From a virus (taxonomy: Duplodnaviria; Caudoviricetes): 39,163 bases of DNA. The notes below the pieces were generated by a model. The model had not been told where the DNA came from, did not search any database, and saw only the letters and a program-made list of their open reading frames with translations. Shown here piece by piece: positions 36,255 through 39,163 of the stretch (the first letter of the stretch is position 1; the number at the start of each line of letters is the position of its first letter). Position numbers and translations under genes: made by a program. Location: positions 1-39,163 of IMG/VR virus record IMGVR_UViG_3300022670_001835; one strand, given 5' to 3'.

Positions 36255-36739
36255 ACGCTATTGTAGCACCCTGGTTTCGATTCGTAAATAGCCCCCTCTC
36301 TCAATATTTGTGTTATGTATTCAGATGATTCATTGTATTCAAATCCAGTTTCTTTTAATTTTACTTCAAGTTTTTCTATAGGCACTGGTTCTCTGTTTAC
36401 TCCCTCAAGTGATTTTATTACATCCATGAATAATTGCATTTTTGTAAATTTATTCTCATAGTTAGAAATATTATTCCAATCAAATATAGGATGATGTTTT
36501 TCATCATGGTGTTCTCTACATAATGGTTGTAATCTTCTAAAAGCTTCTTCTTGATGTTCTATATACCAACCATAAATTTTCTCAGAAGGGCCATATTTGG
36601 TTCGTTCGTCTGCTCCATCATCATATATGTGATCAATTTGTAAATGTTTGATAGTATCCATTTTACACATTCTACATCTACCGCCTAAAACTTTGAGAAG
36701 TTTGAATCTATTAGTAATAGGTAATGTATCTAATTCCAT
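36251..36739 (-). CDS. HNH endonuclease-like domain fused to an archaeal MCM C-terminal winged-helix (162 aa)
   Basis: LGGRC..C...LQIDHI..DG...LQPLC..HH, then KMQLFMDVIKSLEG...LREGAIYESKPGCYNSV. Confidence 0.8.
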   Translation of the reverse strand: MELDTLPITNRFKLLKVLGGRCRMCKMDTIKHLQIDHIYDDGADERTKYGPSEKIYGWYIEHQEEAFRRLQPLCREHHDEKHHPIFDWNNISNYENKFTKMQLFMDVIKSLEGVNREPVPIEKLEVKLKETGFEYNESSEYITQILREGAIYESKPGCYNSV

Positions 36740-37194
36740 TAGGAAAACCTCACATGTGTTGTGCCGTGTTTATTTTTTCTCAGATCTATAATATCATCAA
36801 AAATTTTTCTAATTTCAAGTAAAAGTGTTGTTAAAATATCATATTCTTTTCTATTTATTATTCTATAAAGTTCATTGAGAGAAGCCTTATTTTTCAACAT
36901 TTTAAAAAACAAGTCGGGTTGAACGTCATCAATATTTACTGATAATTGTTTTAAAAGCATAATGGGTAAATGATGTTTTTCTTCATGATGTTTTTTACAT
37001 AATAATTGTAATCTTTGTTTTGATTTTACAGGATTGTTTAGATATTTTTGGTTTAGATGTGTGTAAAATTGTCTTTCATTATTACCATCCCCATAAATGT
37101 GATCTATCTCTAATGAATTGAAATTTTCATCATTACACACAATACATTTACCGCCTAAAACATGCATTAATTCCCATGTTTTACTATATGCCAA
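36739..37194 (-). CDS. HNH endonuclease-like protein (151 aa), paralog of the neighbouring gene
   Basis: LGGKCIVC...LEIDHIYGDG..ER...RLQLLCKKHHEEKHH. Confidence 0.8.
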   Translation of the reverse strand: MAYSKTWELMHVLGGKCIVCNDENFNSLEIDHIYGDGNNERQFYTHLNQKYLNNPVKSKQRLQLLCKKHHEEKHHLPIMLLKQLSVNIDDVQPDLFFKMLKNKASLNELYRIINRKEYDILTTLLLEIRKIFDDIIDLRKNKHGTTHVRFS

Positions 37195-37537
37195 ATCCTT
37201 TTCTCTCTAGTTGGGTAGACCATTCTTGTAGGTGCCAAAATAACGATTTGAATTCTTTTTTTGTACGTATGTTTGAATTCATCCATTGTTTCTTTTTATC
37301 TAGACTTACTGCCATTCCAGCAAATCCTTCAAAACTTACATCATCTTGCCATGATGTTAGTAAATGTTGTGAATTTCCATCTTTATGTGTTTTAATATAA
37401 TCGTCAACCAGTTGAGATAATACGTCTTTTATCGAATCACCATCACGTGCAAGTATTATTGCTAGTTCTTTCTTTTTTTCTATATCATAATTAAATAAAA
37501 TAGGTTTCTCAGACATAATCAATAGTACTGTAATCAA
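37184..37537 (-). CDS. RHH-like DNA-binding protein (likely start at MSEKP)
   Basis: 'ILFNYDIEKKKELAIILARDGDSIKDVLSQLVDDYI'. Confidence 0.6.
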   Translation of the reverse strand: MITVLLIMSEKPILFNYDIEKKKELAIILARDGDSIKDVLSQLVDDYIKTHKDGNSQHLLTSWQDDVSFEGFAGMAVSLDKKKQWMNSNIRTKKEFKSLFWHLQEWSTQLERKGFGI

Positions 37538-37674
37538 TATATATATAAATATTTATTAATTCATTTTTTTATTTTTTTTAATAAAATGTTAACTGATAGT
37601 AAAGGTGTGTGGGTTGAAACTTTTGTGACTGGGTAAGTAATGAAGGTGTTTGATTTATGATTGAATAAAAATTC

Positions 37675-37860
37675 TTAAAGAGTTTTTTTGAATTTTCTTA
37701 TATTTTTGGAAGATAATTTACGTAATTCTTCTAGTTTAATTATGTCTAGTTTTCCTACTATGATTGCCTTTGCTACGACTGCTCTAAGAGCGGCTTGTTT
37801 GCATACTCCTGTCATATCTGACATATTTTTAATTATGTTTAGTGCTTCTTCTGAATTCAT
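37675..37860 (-). CDS. Hypothetical protein (61 aa)
   Basis: ATGA-coupled ORF. Confidence 0.55.
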   Translation of the reverse strand: MNSEEALNIIKNMSDMTGVCKQAALRAVVAKAIIVGKLDIIKLEELRKLSSKNIRKFKKTL

Positions 37861-38084
37861 TGTATAGGAAATCTATTATTTATGAAATTTATTATTTCGT
37901 TAATTTTCTGCAGATCTACGTCTTGGTCAGATATTGCCGCTATAGGAATTGGGAGTATTTGTTTGCCTTTTTTCTTGGTTATTTGCCTTTCTAGTAAAGA
38001 AATTAGTGTGTGAATCTCAATAATGGCTTTTGGTTTATTTCCAAGTTCAAGTAATTTCATTACTTTGTCAAGAAATAACACCAT
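37857..38084 (-). CDS. Hypothetical protein (75 aa)
   Basis: ORF in the coupled early operon. Confidence 0.55.
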   Translation of the reverse strand: MVLFLDKVMKLLELGNKPKAIIEIHTLISLLERQITKKKGKQILPIPIAAISDQDVDLQKINEIINFINNRFPIQ

Positions 38085-38095
38085 ATTAGAATCAT

Positions 38096-38251
38096 CTATA
38101 CTTTTTCACCTACAATGTAGCTTTTTAAAATGACAAATTTTTCAGGAATGTACACTATTTTTTCGGCGAGTTTTTGTAATTGTAGACTTTGTTGTTGCAT
38201 ATAAGGACTAAAATAATCATTAATTTCTTTCTCAAAATTTAATTTATTCAT
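38096..38251 (-). CDS. Hypothetical protein (51 aa, MNKLNFEKEIND...), not in the ORF track
   Basis: Hand translation; ATGA overlap with the upstream gene. Confidence 0.5.
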   Translation of the reverse strand: MNKLNFEKEINDYFSPYMQQQSLQLQKLAEKIVYIPEKFVILKSYIVGEKV

Positions 38252-38685
38252 TGTATCACCCAATCCATAATTGCAAGTTGCTTCTCGTATTTTTTATTCA
38301 GAGTTTTTTCATCTGCACCTAACTCAGAATGGTTCTCAACCACCTTACGTTTACAACGTAAAATGCTTTCAGGGTCAGTAAGTTTACTGTATGTAGGAAT
38401 ATCTAAGATCATGCCTGGAGTCCATCCAAAGTGATAATGCCAAAATGAAAAGACTAATTCTTTGTTAGTTAAATTTCTAAATGCTGGAATCTCTTCTAGT
38501 AGATATTTTACCTTATCATAGATGTTATCGTATGATTCAAGGATTTGCTGATAGTGTGATATTGACTTTGTTTCTAATTGTGGTTGAAATTTAGTTATAT
38601 CACACATACACTCTAAGAGAGTACATATTTTCGTGTCGTTATCAGACCTATGCAAGTGTCCACATGTAGTGCATTTATTATTCAT
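38248..38685 (-). CDS. Hypothetical phage protein with Cys/His-rich N-terminus (145 aa)
   Basis: CTTCGHLH...C...C.C, then 'KVKYLLEEIPAFR...LTDPESILRCKRKV'. Confidence 0.7.
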   Translation of the reverse strand: MNNKCTTCGHLHRSDNDTKICTLLECMCDITKFQPQLETKSISHYQQILESYDNIYDKVKYLLEEIPAFRNLTNKELVFSFWHYHFGWTPGMILDIPTYSKLTDPESILRCKRKVVENHSELGADEKTLNKKYEKQLAIMDWVIQ

Positions 38686-39163
38686 CTTCTTCTCCTAATG
38701 TCTTCTTACAATTCTGACAAACACCTAGATTAACTGCACTTGGAATCGATTCATCACAATTACAGTATTCACTTACCGTCTTTGATTCTTGTGCATTATT
38801 CTTTAAATCCTCAATTATCTTTGAGGCTATCGGTTTAGTTTCTGGTTTAGATCCAGTATATCCTAATGATTTGAGATAATCTAATTGTGCTTGAGATGGA
38901 GCGTTTGAACTTTGTAGAGTATTGTTATTAGAATTATCTGTTTGTAATTGCTGTATATCTTTAGGATCAATAGAATTAAGCATTGAGATCAGTTCAATTT
39001 CGGGGATTTGTTTTCTAAAGGCGTTTCTTTCAGATTTGGATAATGCCTTTGTACGTCCAAAGGGGTCATATTGACCGTTAGTATTGTAAGGTGATTCAGA
39101 AGCACCTACTGTTGATAACTTTGTTTTTCTATTTTGTACCTTTATCGTAGCATACCAAACCCA
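38678..39163 (-). CDS. 5'-partial single-strand annealing protein (Rad52/Sak-like); frame open to the window edge
   Basis: Hand extension WVWYATIKVQNRKTKLSTVGASE...RTKALSKSERNAFRKQIP, plus C-terminal 'APSQAQLDYLKSLG'. Confidence 0.55.
   Translation of the reverse strand, partial: WVWYATIKVQNRKTKLSTVGASESPYNTNGQYDPFGRTKALSKSERNAFRKQIPEIELISMLNSIDPKDIQQLQTDNSNNNTLQSSNAPSQAQLDYLKSLGYTGSKPETKPIASKIIEDLKNNAQESKTVSEYCNCDESIPSAVNLGVCQNCKKTLGEEDE

Noticed and set aside
37538-37674. AT-rich intergenic stretch as a replication origin
   Set aside because: It is explained by a T-rich terminator-like run plus a TATA promoter for the downstream gene; no iterons are visible.
1-39163. Stop-codon reassignment, tRNA/rRNA genes, integrase/att sites, amoC-type auxiliary genes
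   Set aside because: Genes are long and dense under the standard code, with all three stops used as terminators. No cloverleaf, rRNA, integrase or amo sequence was recognised by eye; tRNAscan-SE/Infernal would be needed to exclude RNA genes.

Overview
An AT-rich segment of a tailed dsDNA virus (Caudoviricetes, HK97-type head), with almost all genes on the minus strand. The host is probably an ammonia-oxidising archaeon (Nitrososphaeria/Thaumarchaeota). That inference rests on a captured archaeal MCM C-terminal winged-helix, a Nitrosopumilus-type 'DCTPPTLG' surface domain, a thaumarchaeal-type transposase tail, many CxxC/RHH microproteins and TATA-like boxes about 30 nt upstream of start codons; these are recognised from memory, not from a database search. 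Reading right to left: an SSAP-like recombination gene (partial), two HNH genes, C5 and MT-A70 DNA methyltransferases, adhesin/LamG and membrane genes, an IS scar, a zinc-finger microprotein operon with two repeat-bearing paralogs, an Ig-adaptor-like gene, HicB, a large WHDE-repeat surface protein, then terS, terminase, portal, minor head protein, protease, scaffold, decoration protein, major capsid protein, tail genes, baseplate hub and fibre. The most striking features are: (1) an intein in the MuF/SPP1-gp7 minor head protein whose homing endonuclease (HTH + Vsr/DUF559-type) is encoded entirely on the opposite strand, in exact codon register with the intein; (2) a three-part large terminase made of a stand-alone ATPase, a separate nuclease with no ATG/GTG/TTG start (under-called by the ORF track) and a catalytically degenerate nuclease paralog; (3) an HNH fused to an MCM winged-helix; (4) an overprinted ORF inside the cytosine MTase; (5) an exact 12-bp motif, AATCTTGTTAAG, at five gene boundaries.
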